Shown: one piece after another, positions 25,801-41,244 of the stretch
How positions within the stretch are numbered: the stretch's first letter is position 1
Layout of the letters: each line of letters opens with the position of its first letter
From: the human T2T-CHM13v2.0 reference genome, Homo sapiens
Assembly (NCBI RefSeq): GCF_009914755.1
Contig: NC_060932.1
DNA: 64,000 nucleotides
Strand: one strand, 5' to 3'
The notes under the pieces: model-generated
Databases searched by the model: none
Told to the model about the DNA's origin: nothing
What the model saw: the letters and a program-made list of their open reading frames with translations, nothing else
Program-made: the position numbers and the translations under genes

Positions 25801-27274
25801 ACCTAGGTGATACAACATTGTCAGTAAGATTGGGTTTTCAACATCCAGGAAAATAGGAGCACAAGATCAAATGTAAGTTTAGGTATAGTAAAATAAATTT
25901 ATGATTTCTTCATGATTGAGTTTATAAACTGAATTTCACACCAGCTACCGCTTTTGCCTTTCACAATTAGAGGATTCAAGTCCTGAAGGCAACACTAAAT
26001 TAGGATACAAGAAGCATTAGATTGAGCCCTCCCTCTAATTTCAGTCAGACATGGAAGAGACAAAAGTTATCTTCACTGCACACACACAGACCAGCTTATC
26101 TCATCAGGCAGAAGTCCTCACAGAGACATGCTGCCAGAACTCGATTTTTAACAAACAGTGTACAATTTTCCTGGAGGGTTGTTCATGTGTTGTCCTCAGA
26201 ACCCAGTTGGGAATAGATTGCTAGTGGGACATTAGGAATTCCTGACTCTGAGTATGGCTCATCACCAGTGAGGGAGCTGACATTACACACTGAAATGGAA
26301 TACAATCTACTTGGTCCAACAGCCACTTTGTATCTTATACAGGGTACATAAAAAATTCTTTTTAAAAGCAAAAGGAAAATACCATCCTAGATGCCAGTGT
26401 CAGCAATGTTTATACTCCTGTTAACATCAAAACACTTGCCAAAAACTGAAAGATAGATAAGGTTGTTAAAAATTTATTTACATGTCTACATTGGCACCAG
26501 CTTCTTAAGAGGTATGTGTCTATGAACAAGTGTAATGCAAATATGTGTGTGAACATGTCAATATGTATGATCTTAATGTAGAAAAACATCATAATGCAAA
26601 TGTTGAGTGTGAAATTGTCATTCAGTATATAAAATTATTGATAATTTAGAATCATGTTTCAAAAAATGAAATATTTCAAGTTGAAATCCACTAATTATCA
26701 TTTAATTCACTAAGAATATAGTGTATCAAAGATAACTTCTGAATTATAGTAATTTTAGTGAAAACTGCTGGCAAAAAATCTATTTTTTATATATACTTTT
26801 GCTATAGACAAAGAATAATTATCATATGATATTCCTCTTGATCTATCAAAAGGTTTCTAACTATATTCACCTGAGGATTTGAAATTGTATTCTTGATTTG
26901 AGGTTTTCCATATCTACCTGTCCCTTACAAATATAGTTCAAGATGAAGAGCAGTAAAATGGGAAACAGAATGTAACATAAAACTAAGAAAGCATTCCAAA
27001 TACAGGGCCAACAGTAATCTAGTACAGCTTGGTGGAGTCCTGACCATATACGGCCCTTTCAATTTAGTTCAACTAATATTTGACTAATATATTCAGGGGA
27101 CAGGTTTTAGGGGAGGCAAAAATATAAATAGATATTATCTCTGCCTAAAGGCATTTTATAGGTAGTAGTGGTAACAAATGCACAAACTCCCACATACTAG
27201 AGCAAGGGCCAATATTGAGATGTGCTTAAAGCTCTATAGGAGCCCTGCAGAACATATTATATCTTCTCCTAAGT

Positions 27275-27579
27275 CAGCAGTCCCTAACCTTTTCCACAGA
27301 TGGGGGTTGGGGGATGGTCTGGGGATGAAACTGTCCCACCTCAGAATATTAAGCATTAGTTAGATTCTCATAAGGAGCATGCAACCTAGATCCCTTGCAT
27401 GCATAGTTCACAATAGGGTACATGCTCCTTTGAGAATCTAATGCCTCAGCTGAACTGACAGGAGGCAGAGCTCAAGCCATAATGTTCACTCACCCACTGC
27501 TCACCTCCTGTTGTGCAGCCCAGTTCCTAACAGGCCACAGACCAGTACCAGTCCACAGCCCAGGGGTTGGGGACCCCTG
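27275..27579 (+). mobile_element. MER1B hAT-Charlie MITE
   Basis: TIRs cagcagtccctaacc / ggttggggacccctg; 8-bp TSD tcctaagt/tcttaaat. Confidence 0.88.
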
Positions 27580-27706
27580 TCTTAAATCATGCACTGAAAC
27601 TCTCCAGGCAAGTGTGCATCAGCATGTGTGTCCTCCCGAATTGGCTCCATCACCCTATGCCCCACTGCCCTTCCCCGTTCCTACTGTCATGATCCAACTA
27701 GTCATC

Positions 27707-28137
27707 TGTTATGGATAAATGTTTATGTCTTCCCAAAATTCATATGTTGAAGCCGTAACCCCCAAGGTGATGGTATTTGGAGGTGGAACCTTGTGAGGTA
27801 ATTGGAGTTTGATGACATCATGAGGATGGGGCACTCATGATGGGATTAGTACCCTTATAAGAATAGAATACTTGAATACTCTCTCTCTCCCTTTCTCTCC
27901 CTCTTTCTCTCTCTGTCTGCCTGTCTGTCTCTGTCTTGCTGTCTCCATGCTTGCAGAAAGAAGAGGTCATGTGAGTACAGCAAGAAGGTGGCCATCTGAA
28001 ACTCAAGGAGAGAACTTTCTTTAGAAACCAGCTTCCAGACTTAGAGCAGACTTCCAGCTGAGACTAGAGTGTCAGCACCCTGGTTGTTTAAGCCACTCAA
28101 TTTGTGGTATTTTATAATGGCAGCTCAAGCTAAGACA
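27707..28137 (+). mobile_element. MaLR solo LTR (MLT1A0-like) with internal (CT)n
   Basis: tgttatgg...aaattcatatgttgaag...gttgtttaagccactc...gctaagaca; 5-bp TSD tcatc/tgatc. Confidence 0.87.
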
Positions 28138-29529
28138 TGATCCAGGCACATTTGGGTACCTCACCTTGTCCTCTTTCTCTCAGATTTCCAAGCATCCTTG
28201 AAATTTACAAATGCTTCAAACAGTTGACATTTCAAACTTTCTCTCAACATTCAACTTTTCTCAGACTGATATTTGCATCACATTAGCTGTATAACCTAGC
28301 TGTGGTTCAAAAGTCTTTTACCTGATGCCAGGGAAGTACTTAATGTTAATTCTGGTATAGGATACATACTTGCCCTGTGGGTATGCCCTAGTGATGCAGA
28401 GCTAATTTTTCCAAGAGAAAATACTAGTACTGGGGGCCACTCTCTGGAAGACATTGAACAGTCACCCTTCCCTTCCACAAAAAAATGTAAGGTAAGCCAA
28501 GCCCAGGATTTATCTGTCAAGTTATAAGGGCATTTTTGGAAAAATTTAAATCTATGGAAAGGATTTCCCTCCTCTTTGTTTGAGAAATCCTATTTGGGTC
28601 AATTCCTTGGCTGACTTACATAGATTGTGTGTGAGTCAGTCTGCTGTTGGCAGGTATTTCTCCCACCCATACCATATGGGACGGTTCAATCTCTATTGGC
28701 TTGACAGTATTTTGTTCCTTTGTTTGTTTTCTAGAAATTTATTGGCATTCTTGAATAGTACTAAGTTGTAAAGAAATATTCCTAACTCTAGTATGGAGGG
28801 GTTACTATGTCAACTAATGGTGCCTAGTTTGTACTCACATTTACAAGTTAACAGCATTCTGGACAAGCATCCATGTATTACAGAGGTGAGCATATATCAT
28901 ATCCTAAGGGAGATTTAGTGTTTGATTTATGTGGCTCCCCACCAAGTGCAAGTGCCACAGATGGTCTTCACCACCTGCCTCTACCACCACCACCAGCACG
29001 CTTGTAATTCAGGGCCCACTCTCTTGTCTTTGCAGAAGACATTGTGTATATGAAGTAAGAAAGGCAGGGACTGATCAAAGTCTCAGGTTAGTCAAGGGAC
29101 AAAGCACTCGTTTATGACCAAATGAAATAGTGACTGCCATCCAGGTCTTCCCATATAAGTCCCACTAATCTCCATGCTTATATGATCACCCATTTTCTCA
29201 TCTACCCTCCCCATTCTTCTCAGAGGAATATTTTCTAGGCCGGTGGGTGCAGGGGTTTCTCTCATTTCTGTTTATTCCTACTATTCCCCTTCACCACCGA
29301 ATACAGAATATCCTGGTTTCTTGAATGGGGTGTGTATATGGAGTGGAAGAAGCAAAGCAGACAAGAGAGGTAAAAGTGTACCACCTGGACAAAAATGTAG
29401 ACATGATTTGATATCTTTATATTATTATGCTAGAGTTAAGAAAAGGAAGAAAGGATGTTGCAGAGAAACAAGACAACAGGATAAAAGGCACCTTGGAACA
29501 GAATGTCTGTTCTATTCAGAGTTCTAAAA

Positions 29530-30620
29530 ATATATATCACTTTGAGTATTTTAGGTTAGGGCAAAATATTTGGATTTTATTCAAAGAATATCAGGATACT
29601 AGTAAGGTGCTTCAAGTAGACAGTGATTTATATTCTAGAAATATCACTCTGGCTGCTGAATTGAGGAGATATTTTAGAAATTAAGGGTGGAGGCAGGGTC
29701 CCACGTAGGTGGCTATTGCAATAGCCTACGTCACAGATAATGGTGCTTGTCTTTGCACTGTAACAATGGATATTAAGATATGTGGTCACATTTGAGCTGC
29801 ATATTGATAACAGAATCTAAAAGGGCTTGCCTGATGAACTGGATATGAGCTATAAGGAAGAGTCAGGAATGTAGATGAATTCCTAAATATATACCTTTTT
29901 ATCTGAGGAACAGGATGGAATATGGAAAAGAGGTTACATGGGAGAAAGCAGATTTGGGTGTTGGAAATCATGTGTTCCATTTTGGAAATATGTTTGAGAT
30001 TCAGTTCAACATCCAAACCAAGAAGTTGAGATAAAAAGGCCAATACTCAAGCATGAGATACAAATATGAGGTACATTGGCAGATAGATACTATTTGATGT
30101 CATAAAACTCAGTGCATCACCTAAGGAGGTAACATAAATACAGAAAATAAGAGGACCAAGAATAAAGCCTGGGAAATGCCAAAATTTAAAGTTCAGATAG
30201 AAAAGTAGCCAGTGAATGCACTAGCAAAGTAGAAAGCAGACTAGGTGAGCCTAGAAATGAAATTAAACATTTCAAGAAGTAAAGGATGGTCAAACTGTCA
30301 AAACTACAGAAAGGCCAAGTAAGAAGAGGACAAGTGATTGGTAATTCCTTTTGGCAAGATGCGGGTCATTTGTGAGAACTTTCAATGGAAGAAGAGGGAA
30401 GGACAGCCTGATTTAAATAGGTCGAGAAAAAATGAGATGTGAAGAAATGCATAAACGCAATTCCTTCAAGGAGTTTCTCTGAAGGGGAACAGAGAAGTGG
30501 AGCAGTGATTATAATAAAATGTAAGGTCAAGGGAAGGTTTAGTGTTTTGAAATTTTAAAGATGAACAATGTTAAGGAAGAATTTTATGGTAATGAGAATG
30601 ATCTGGATATATGGAGAAAC
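29530..30620 (-). mobile_element. L2 (L2a-like)
   Basis: atcactctggctgctg...ggtggctattgcaatagcc...gcttgcctgatgaactggatatg. Confidence 0.75.
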
Positions 30621-32152
30621 TGCTGCGGCAAGAGAGCAAAGTGACTTACTCTTTTCGGTTTCTAAATAGTAGACTTCTGAAACAAATTAATTCAGACATT
30701 TGAAAAAAAGATTTTGGAGAATAAAATTTTTAGATGTCCCTTAGTGAATGTTCTTGGTGTTTAACAAGAGTCTTCATTACATCCTGGCAAAGTATTAATT
30801 CACGTGATATTTTGTAACATTTTATAACTGAAGAGATGTGATGGAATGAGAAGACTTATGGGTACACTTGGTACTCTAAACATTGCTTGATTAATTCTTT
30901 AAAAATCAAATCTTATAAAGAGCCTCTAAGCTAATAAAAGATTACAACCATTTCAGAAAGGTGAGGTTAATTTAATGTCTATTGCCTTAAAAGAAATGTA
31001 GATGATGAGAGTATTTGAAAATTCACACAAATGAACGTCACAAAATTGGATAGTGAAATATGAAAATGTTACTATTGACTAAGGTAAGAGTAAGAGCTTG
31101 GGAAGTAAGAAAAACTTTCCTCAGATGGCAGACTATTAGTGTGTGGAACAGGCCACCGAAGAAACCAATAAAATCTTTAACTATGAACACAGTGAAAATG
31201 ATTTAAGCTTTTTGACTATAGAGTTTACAGGTTTTAAACATTAGCTGTGTAAGTGGAAAGACCATTAAGTGCCATATGGGCTCTTTCTTTGACAAAGCAT
31301 CATTTTAGCAGAGTGGAGGGTGAAAGGGAATCAGGATTTTTATTTTAAATCCAAATTGCTTTATATTTTCAAAGATATAATTAAAATATTAAACAAGTAA
31401 AATCTATCATTGTAATAATCAAGATAATAGTAGAAACAAGTTAGCCTGGAGAACTTTTATAGTATCTTGGATTAGTAAAACAATACTTGTCTGTGGTTAT
31501 CAAGGCCAAGGAAGAAAAAAAAATCAATCAGAGTTATCCCCAAGACTGAAGCATTGTGGAGCTGCAAGGATTTACAATGATAAAATAGATTACCTCCGAT
31601 TAAGTGTATTCAACAATTTGATCATTATGCAGCTCTGTTTTCTATGAACACCTGTAAGCATAGCAACACAGAATGCTGACAATACCTTCTTAACATTTGC
31701 AAATTGAAGAAGATCATGAAGGAAAATATTTCAGTACTTCAAAAACCCCAAACACTTCATTATCTCCAAAAATACCTAGGTCATTGAGTTAAACTGCATT
31801 TCTTTATCTCTTGCAATCATTTGGTTGATAATTGCCATGGTCCTTAATATTCTCCAAAATTATTCCTCCACAACTCAATTTCCTGACCCTTTGACTATAA
31901 AAGTTCCTGACACAAAATTAGGCACAGGATCATGGGTATACCAGAACCAAAACATATTGTGTTTACTTAATGGCAAATATTGATTCCAAAATCAGAAAGT
32001 TTTCCTGACAAATCGCAACCTAAAATCAGGAGACTGTAATTTCGATGACTCTGTAGGCTTACTAATACTCTGATTTTTTTTATGCTATGAAAAATGTTAA
32101 ACATACTAATCTTCATTCCTTGGGGAGGAAGGGGAAAGAAATCTCCCCTTGC

Positions 32153-32826
32153 TTTTCTTTATTTTTTACTTTTATTAAGTTCAGAAGTACAAGTGCAGGT
32201 TTGTTACATAAGTAAACTTGTGTCATGGAAGTTTTTTGTACAGATCATTTCGTCACCCACTTATTAAGCCTAGTACCCGTTAGTTATCTTTCCTGATTCT
32301 CTCCCTCCTCCCACACTCCACCCTCAGGTAAGTGTGTGTTGTTCCCTTTTATGAGTTCATGTGTTCTCATCATTTAGCTCTCACTTATAAGTGAGAACAT
32401 ACCATATTTGGTTTTCTGTTTCTATGTTAGTTTGCTATGGATAATGGCCTCCAGCTCCACCCATGTTCCTGCAAAGGACATGATCCTGTTCTTTTTTATG
32501 ACTGCATAGTATTCCATGGTCTATAAGTACCATATTTGCTCTATCCAGTCTATTATTGATGGGCATTTAGGCTGATTCCATGTCTTTGCTATTGTGAATG
32601 CTATAATGAAAATATACATGCATGTGTCTTTATGATAGAATGATTTATATTCCTTTGGGTATATACCCAGTAATGGGATTGCTGGGTGAAATGGTATCTC
32701 TGCCTTTAGGTCTTTGAGGAATTATCACACTGTCTTTCACAATGGCTGAACTAATTTACATTCCCACCAAGAGTGAATAATTGTTCATTTTTCTCCACAA
32801 CCACCAGCATCTTTCATTTTTTGACT
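32153..32826 (-). mobile_element. L1PA13-16-like 3' end
   Basis: gtgcaggtttgttacataagtaaacttgtgtcatgg...tatacccagtaatgggattgctggg. Confidence 0.9.
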
Positions 32827-33921
32827 TAAGTGAAATAGAATTACCAGCCTTAAGAAAGGGCTTACAACCCAGTTTCTAAAGAGTTCATCTGATTTAAACA
32901 CAGACCACAATCTCACTTACAAAGGTCAATATCTCCAAAAAGGAAGTGGACAAGAAGTGGCAGGATCAAATTGCTAGGAAATATTGAAGATCTATCAAGA
33001 CCTGTAAAAAGCAAAGTGAAAAGGGTCTGTGTAACCTAGATGTCCACGCAAGAGAAATAGTGCAATAGTAGACTTCCTGGTACAACAGTTTTTGATTGCA
33101 AATCAGCTCACATGCCCTGATCAATCTGAGATGAATAGTCAAATTAATCTTAATTAAAGCTGAAGTTGCATTGGTTCAAATGTATTATTTTTTCCAGTTA
33201 GGATTTTGTCCCATAAATAACAGCAATTGAACAGAAAATATTCAAATCGAGTTGAACATAACAAGTCATGAATGTACAATATGTCCCCAGATGCCCATTC
33301 ACCTCCAATCTTCTTGGTTCAATTCAGTCAGGTGCTCTGTCCAGGGAATTTTTATTGTATGGTGGTCAATTTGGAAGGTTTTTTTTCTCTGTTTCTATAA
33401 CTCAGCAGCTTCAACTCTTCCTTACCCTTCATTCCAATGAGCTACTGTCGCTTTTTTTTCAAGACACAGTCCTGCCTTATTGTTATAATTATTTATTTTT
33501 AAGAAATTAAAAATGTCTTCTTAACTGTGCTAGTATTTTTATTGGGGTTAGTATTATGTTCATTGGGGCTCTGGTTACAACACTCCATAGATTCTGAGTT
33601 GTCTGTTTTTAACTTTTTTTTCCCTCAAGTTTTATCATTTTTAGTATGTAATTTTGTAGCATACAAGGTTTTAAAGAACGTGTATATTGCAACACAGTGA
33701 AAATGCCTATATAATTGAGGCTCATAAGCTGCAACAGGGTAGAGCCCAAAAAGTGAAAACACCAGAGACAGAAAAAAAAGTTACTGTTTTCCTCTAACAC
33801 TGCCTCCTCTCTGAGTTTATTTGTCCTGTCCAGAACACAGGACAACGTTCTGGAATTCCTAGATTTCCATGACCCTCTGATAGGTCTTTGATTTTCTTTT
33901 TTTTTTTCTGATGTGTGTCTT

Positions 33922-33935
33922 TGTGTGTGTGTGAG

Positions 33936-34001
<66 letters not shown>
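33922..34001. repeat. (GT)n(GA)n compound microsatellite
   Basis: Direct reading; long uninterrupted GA run. Confidence 0.97.
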
Positions 34002-34005
<4 letters not shown>

Positions 34006-35944
34006 GTGTTTGAAAGAACCGGAGGATAAAATAGAAGATGGCATTAGTTAGCCCTTGCTATTTTACCTAACCACACTCTGTTTAGTCAACATTTAAAGGC
34101 TGCAAATATTCACAAAGGAACTAAAGTTGTGAAGATTGGGAAATAAGACCACATTTAGACATTAAAATGTAGTCTCATATTCAACACACTTTTTCACCAA
34201 ATGTAAGTGAATCATGATGATTTATTTTTATGAAGATGTTTGTATATACTTTTTAAGAATGTGAACATGCTGTTCAATTACACAAGAACCAAGAAGGGTA
34301 CTTTGTCTCATACGGTTACAACAATTAACTGTTCTTTTCCCCACCTTTCACGTCTAATTCTGTGACTGTCAATAATGTTAACATCACATAATAGGCGTCT
34401 TCATACTGTCTGCATCACACAGAAAACTCTGAGCTATTTCAGAATAGAACATCTTATATATCTCTATAACACAATCTTGATATCTCTAACACAATGCTGA
34501 CACAAATGTTTGTTAAATGAATCAGTAATATGAATACATAAATAAACATGCAAATATTTTGGATGCAATTACTGACCATTTCCGAATCTGTCCAGAGCTA
34601 GTATCTTACATATTGGGATCTAATACACTGCCCTCAAAGGACATCCACATCCCATAGTATTTTATGACGACCTCTATTCCAGTGCTTACTATGGTTTGTA
34701 TTATATTGCATGTTGCTCTGCATATGTCCATTATCACCACTAGATGGGGAGCTTCCAAAGGTACTCTCACATGCCTTCTAGAAATTATAATGTTTTATAC
34801 TTAGTAGATGTTAAATAAATATTCTCTGAACTTAGTGTCTTAATGGTATTAGAGGCAATAATTTATTTTAAAATATATCAGAAATGAAAATGTCATTAAC
34901 TTTAGAATCTAGAAATCATTTTTGAATATTTGGAATTATTTCTAGATAAATGATGATTCTAGTAAGGAATTTTAATGGGCAAAATAAACTTTAAAGCATT
35001 TTTTTAAATGCTTTAAATCATAGAGTACTCATTAACTTATATAATTGGTTATCATTTATAAAACTAATACCTAATTTTAATTTTTCATAATTAAGAAACA
35101 CAGGCAATACTTTTCTTAAGACAGCCTTTTAAGGTCTTCTTAAAATGTGAAGAAATAAGATGTCAGACATGTCATTTTTATAGTATCTAAATTCTCAGAG
35201 GTTATAATTAGTTAATCCTTCTTGGGAAAAAAGTATCTAATGGAAATATAGAGATGAGGAGCAATTTCTGCACAGAATAAAAATGTTTACTCCATGCATT
35301 CTGAGATGCTGTGATTCAACATGATGCAATGTTTGTGTTGGTTTTCCCTTTGTGCTCCTGTCTTTTCTTCTCTCTTCATTCCTGTAATTACGTGCTTCAG
35401 TGATTTATGTTGGCAGTATCAAATCATAGATTCTGAAGCAATAAAACTACTGCATTAGAAAGTTCTACAAATCTCCAACATCCTCTGGCAATGGATAAGT
35501 GACATTGTTGAAAAAAAGAGAAAGCTTTTCAACAGCTCTCACAAAGCAAATGACTAAGCTACTGACACATTCTATATCCTGGAAAAAAATAGACCCCAAC
35601 ATTAAAATGACGTTTTGCAGCATATTGACAAATTTGAAGCCACTCTTTCCGTTTCCTGTGAGATTCATTTGCTAAAATGCTTTCACTCTGCTGAAGCAAA
35701 CCAAATAGAAGATTCCACAAAGAAATATGTTGAGCTTCTGGCCATCTGTGGGATGCAAACAAATGTGATCATCCATTTCGTTACCACGTAAGCTTCAATT
35801 TCATTTAAGACTGTTATTGATGGCATTAGTCAACTTAGATATTGGCCAGTTTAGAGAGTCAAATATATAAAATAGAAACACCATTCAGGTGAGATATTGG
35901 TCTTATATTGAAGAGACAATCTGGTGTGAAATGTGAATAACACA

Positions 35945-36108
35945 TAGGTCTCAATCACCACAATGCATTAGAATCAACTGGGGAAATTTTTAAGAAAATA
36001 TATATTCCCAAACTACACTCCTATGATTCCATTTCAATTGGTTGAACCTGCGACACAGGTATGCATACCTTCTAAAATGTGTCCCAGGGTTTTGAAAGTA
36101 TAGCCAAA
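35945..36108. mobile_element. MER5-type hAT MITE
   Basis: tgcattagaatcaactggggaaattttt...ttcaattggt. Confidence 0.6.
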
Positions 36109-37761
36109 TGTACAGAGACCTGAGTCACAAAAACTGAGTTCAGTAGCCATTTCAGATTTTCACTAGTTAGGAGTTTGAGAAAAGTTGTATAATTAATATA
36201 TTTTAGTAAAATTTTTAATAAAAGACTTTTAAGATTTCTAACAACAGTAATGACCCTATTGCTCTACTGTAACATTAAACAAACTACCTTAACACTGCAA
36301 AGATGCTTATGAGTCAATAAAACTTGCTATTGTTAATGGCCCATCTGTGTATTTGCAACTTCAAATGTAAATGCTATCTATATCTTTAACAGAGTGAACT
36401 GCTACTAAGATTATTTAAGAAAGTACCACAAAGACCTATGCCACAATATCTAAATGTCAACTCAGAGGGGGTAAATGTTGAGGAAATCTTTGTCAGATGG
36501 CCGTCATTAGTTTTTTAGTGATTAAACAGTCCTACCTAGTGTGTATTCTGAAAAATACTATGTCACTTTTCTGCAAAAGCTAACTAGGAATACATTAACT
36601 CTTAATACTAAATATAACTGAATGCTTATGGGGAAAAATAAATTTCTGAACCTGATCACCACATTAATCTTATACAATGAAATTTTAACTTTTGTTTAAA
36701 ATAAAAACTATAGGAGAATGCAATGAACCACTGCTTCTCAAATGTGTTACAGATACTTTATTAGCTGTAATAATTATACTCCACCAGGAATCTGGAACTC
36801 TGGTAAATAAGGGATTGTAGAAAATGTAAGAGAAGTATCTCCAGCAGCAGCCATTATCCAGAACCAAAGTCAGCCAGGGTTATCAGAGAGGAAAAGTGTG
36901 TTAAAACTTAATTTTGGTCAATAATAACAATATATGGCTATCATTGATGCTCTTAGTCAATCAATTACTATCAGGGGATCCAGAAATCAACACCATTGGT
37001 TAAACTGTTGGTTCATAATATCTTTACAACTGGAATTTTCTATAGCATTAATATCCTATTTTAAAATGCTAATATCACCTACTGTGTACCCACAAACATT
37101 AATTTTTTTAAGATGCTATTATCAAATGAAAATGCATACTCAAAAACCCTTCAGAAAAACTCTCCATAGATTCTGTATATCAAGAGTGAGCTTTTTAGAA
37201 AGGAAATGAACTTTTTAAGTTTTAGGGGTTATTGCATCAATTTCATAGGGGTCCAATTCTATAGGTATGCTGAGGCACATACTAACTCTAAAATATGAAT
37301 GAGCTTCAGGCCACCTAGGGTTGCACAATTTGTATCCATTGCTTTTTCAACAACAAAAAAAGCAATCATTTGCAAAGCAATTTTGTCACCTACTAGATAC
37401 AAATGTTCCATAAATTTAGATTTACCAGGTTGACTATGTAATGGGAAAAGCCAAGCCATTACTGGAAGTTTATGTTACTTCCAATTCTGTACTGATGCAC
37501 TTCAATGAACATAAGCCACTTTTTATTATTCAAATAGTTTACTTAAGTTATTGGATCTATTTAAAAACAGAATTCTGAAAGACATTGAAAATCCAATTGT
37601 TTTTTACTACAGAAAGAAATAAAGAACTATCCACAAAGAGGCTATAAACAGAATAGAATGGAAAATAATGCTATTAAAGAAAAAAACAGAAATTTCTAGA
37701 CCTACCAACATTGGTTTGTGCTTTCATGGATTATACTTATTTCTGGCCTTTTTTCCTTAAG

Positions 37762-37933
37762 GCGGTACCTTCTAATTTTAATTACATGTTAGAATCACCT
37801 GGGAATTTTATTAAGTAACAATTTCCAAGCCTTACCCTCAGAGATTCAGACTTAATTGGTCTAGGGTGGGCATTGGCATACTTAAAAAGTGCCTCAGGAG
37901 ATTGTACTGTGAGGTTAAGATTAGAGACCATTG
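37762..37933. mobile_element. MER5-type hAT MITE
   Basis: ttagaatcacctgggaa...cagagattcagacttaattggtctagggtggg...gagaccattg. Confidence 0.75.
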
Positions 37934-39293
37934 ACTCATAGTACTGTGTGTCATTTACAGAATCTTCTACAAATCTGAAAGAGCAATATTAACCCAATAA
38001 CCCAAGTGACCTGCAATAAAAATATTAAACAGGCCACCAAATGCTGTAAGGTGTTTTGGTATAAGAGCTCTTTGATCTATTTTTTAAAGACTCTTTAAAT
38101 CCTACAATTATCCACATGACAAGGTAGGTTCCTGATTTAATGCCACGGCATCTGTGGTCTCCATGAGGTCTCATCTAATCAAGAGACTTTCAGGCGATAC
38201 ATATGTCAACAGGGAGGAAGGAAATTTAATTGTAAGAAGATACCACCTGACTTACACATGACACATCAGGCCTTTTCCTCTAGAAAAAAAAAAAAAGAAT
38301 CTGAGGAACTCAAATCATATCCATCTTATGTAACAGGAAATGACTAAAGAGTATTCAAATTTTTAAACCAAAGTGTTGTGAAAATGTCACAGATTTGTAC
38401 TATTCTCTATTACTGGCCTAAGATTAAGTCTCATTAGATAACAAGAAAACTCTATATAATGTCTTGAAAGTGCTATTGTTCAAGATCAGTGGGATATTTT
38501 GAGTTATATTTCTTCCTTTTGCTTCTTCACTTTATCTTACTTGTAGGCACATGCTGCCTACAAAATGATGGAGGAGGAAGGGTGGAGGAAAAGAAGGATG
38601 GGAAAGATAACGGAAAGGACCACACTGTTGTTCCAGAATAGTTTCATAGCAACCACAAAGCTGAAGGGTTTCTTTTCTGTTTTTGTTTTTGTTTGTTTAG
38701 GGCCAAAAACAAAATAACAACATCACAGGGAAGGTAGTTTCCTACATGGTAGGTTTGGTCAACATGAAATTCTAAAGTACTTTGCAAACGTAAATAAGGA
38801 AGTTTCTTTAGTGGTATTTGAGATATATAAAGCACCCCTATCAATCATTGCCCAAATTATTTTTTCAGTCATGTTAAGAATTATACCAACTTATCACTTC
38901 CCCTCCCCTTTTCAAACCCCCTTCTCCCCAGCTAGAATCCTGTTCTTGTGCCAGGAAAGAAAGCATCTAGAGCTAGTTTTAATTAACACTACCCATCCAC
39001 TCCCCTTTTCCACCCACCGACATGTTTATAAATGGAGGATCAATCACAATGTCAACATAGCATTTACCCTTGTTTATTTCTCGAGAGTTACTGCTTAACA
39101 TAGACTAACTATATTGTCTCCAAGCGTCCAAAAGTTGCTTAAAATTCCGAAATGCAAGACTTCTTCCCATTACTAATCTGTGAAGCCATAAAAACTATTT
39201 TCAGGCCTATTGTTGTTGTATGAAAGAATGGTTAAAATATAATTTGATCCAAATGTAGTGTTAATTTTTTAACTTATTTAACCTAAGATTTGT

Positions 39294-39772
39294 TGTAGGG
39301 CTTCAGTCAGGATGGTGGGGAAAATTATAAAATAAAACACAAACCTTCTTGGAAGGCCAAAAGTTTTTTGCAAAAGCCTCAGGATAGAGTTATGGATAAT
39401 CCTCTTTGAGCTATAGCAAGGGTAATTAACATAGGAATGTAGAGGAGTCTACCTAAATAGCTTGTTTACTAAGTGGTTCTAAGAGTAACCTTTGCCCATG
39501 TGGGTGCATGATTGCTCTCTTTGGGGGGAAGGGGAGGAGCAGGAGAAGGCGACCAGGTTGATTACCCTCTAACGGTGCTGACTCAAAGCATTTGTCATTT
39601 AATGTGTGCTGAATAAATGCCAGGAGAGCCAGCCAGTCCAGGCTTGTTACAGCACTCTCCTAGGAGTCTGTAAGTGGCCCGGACTCTCAGCTGGACTGAC
39701 AAGCATAATATCTGTGTCAGTGTACATTATTCATCCATCACTGGGTCAGGGTCTGCACAACGGACCCCCACA
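39294..39772 (+). mobile_element. LTR22 solo LTR (HERV-K22/HML-5)
   Basis: tgtaggg...ggtggggaaaattata...caaaccttcttggaaggcc...ctgaataaatgcc...cggacccccaca; TSD atttgt/gtttgt. Confidence 0.8.
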
Positions 39773-39899
39773 GTTTGTGTTAGTAGGACTTACACAGTAA
39801 CTTTAAATAATCTAGGCTAGTCAAATTTTCATGCTAAATATCTCTGTATTATTCTTAAATATTGGCTAAAAATTAAACAGATATGGTTTCAGAACACTA

Positions 39900-41244
<1,345 letters not shown>

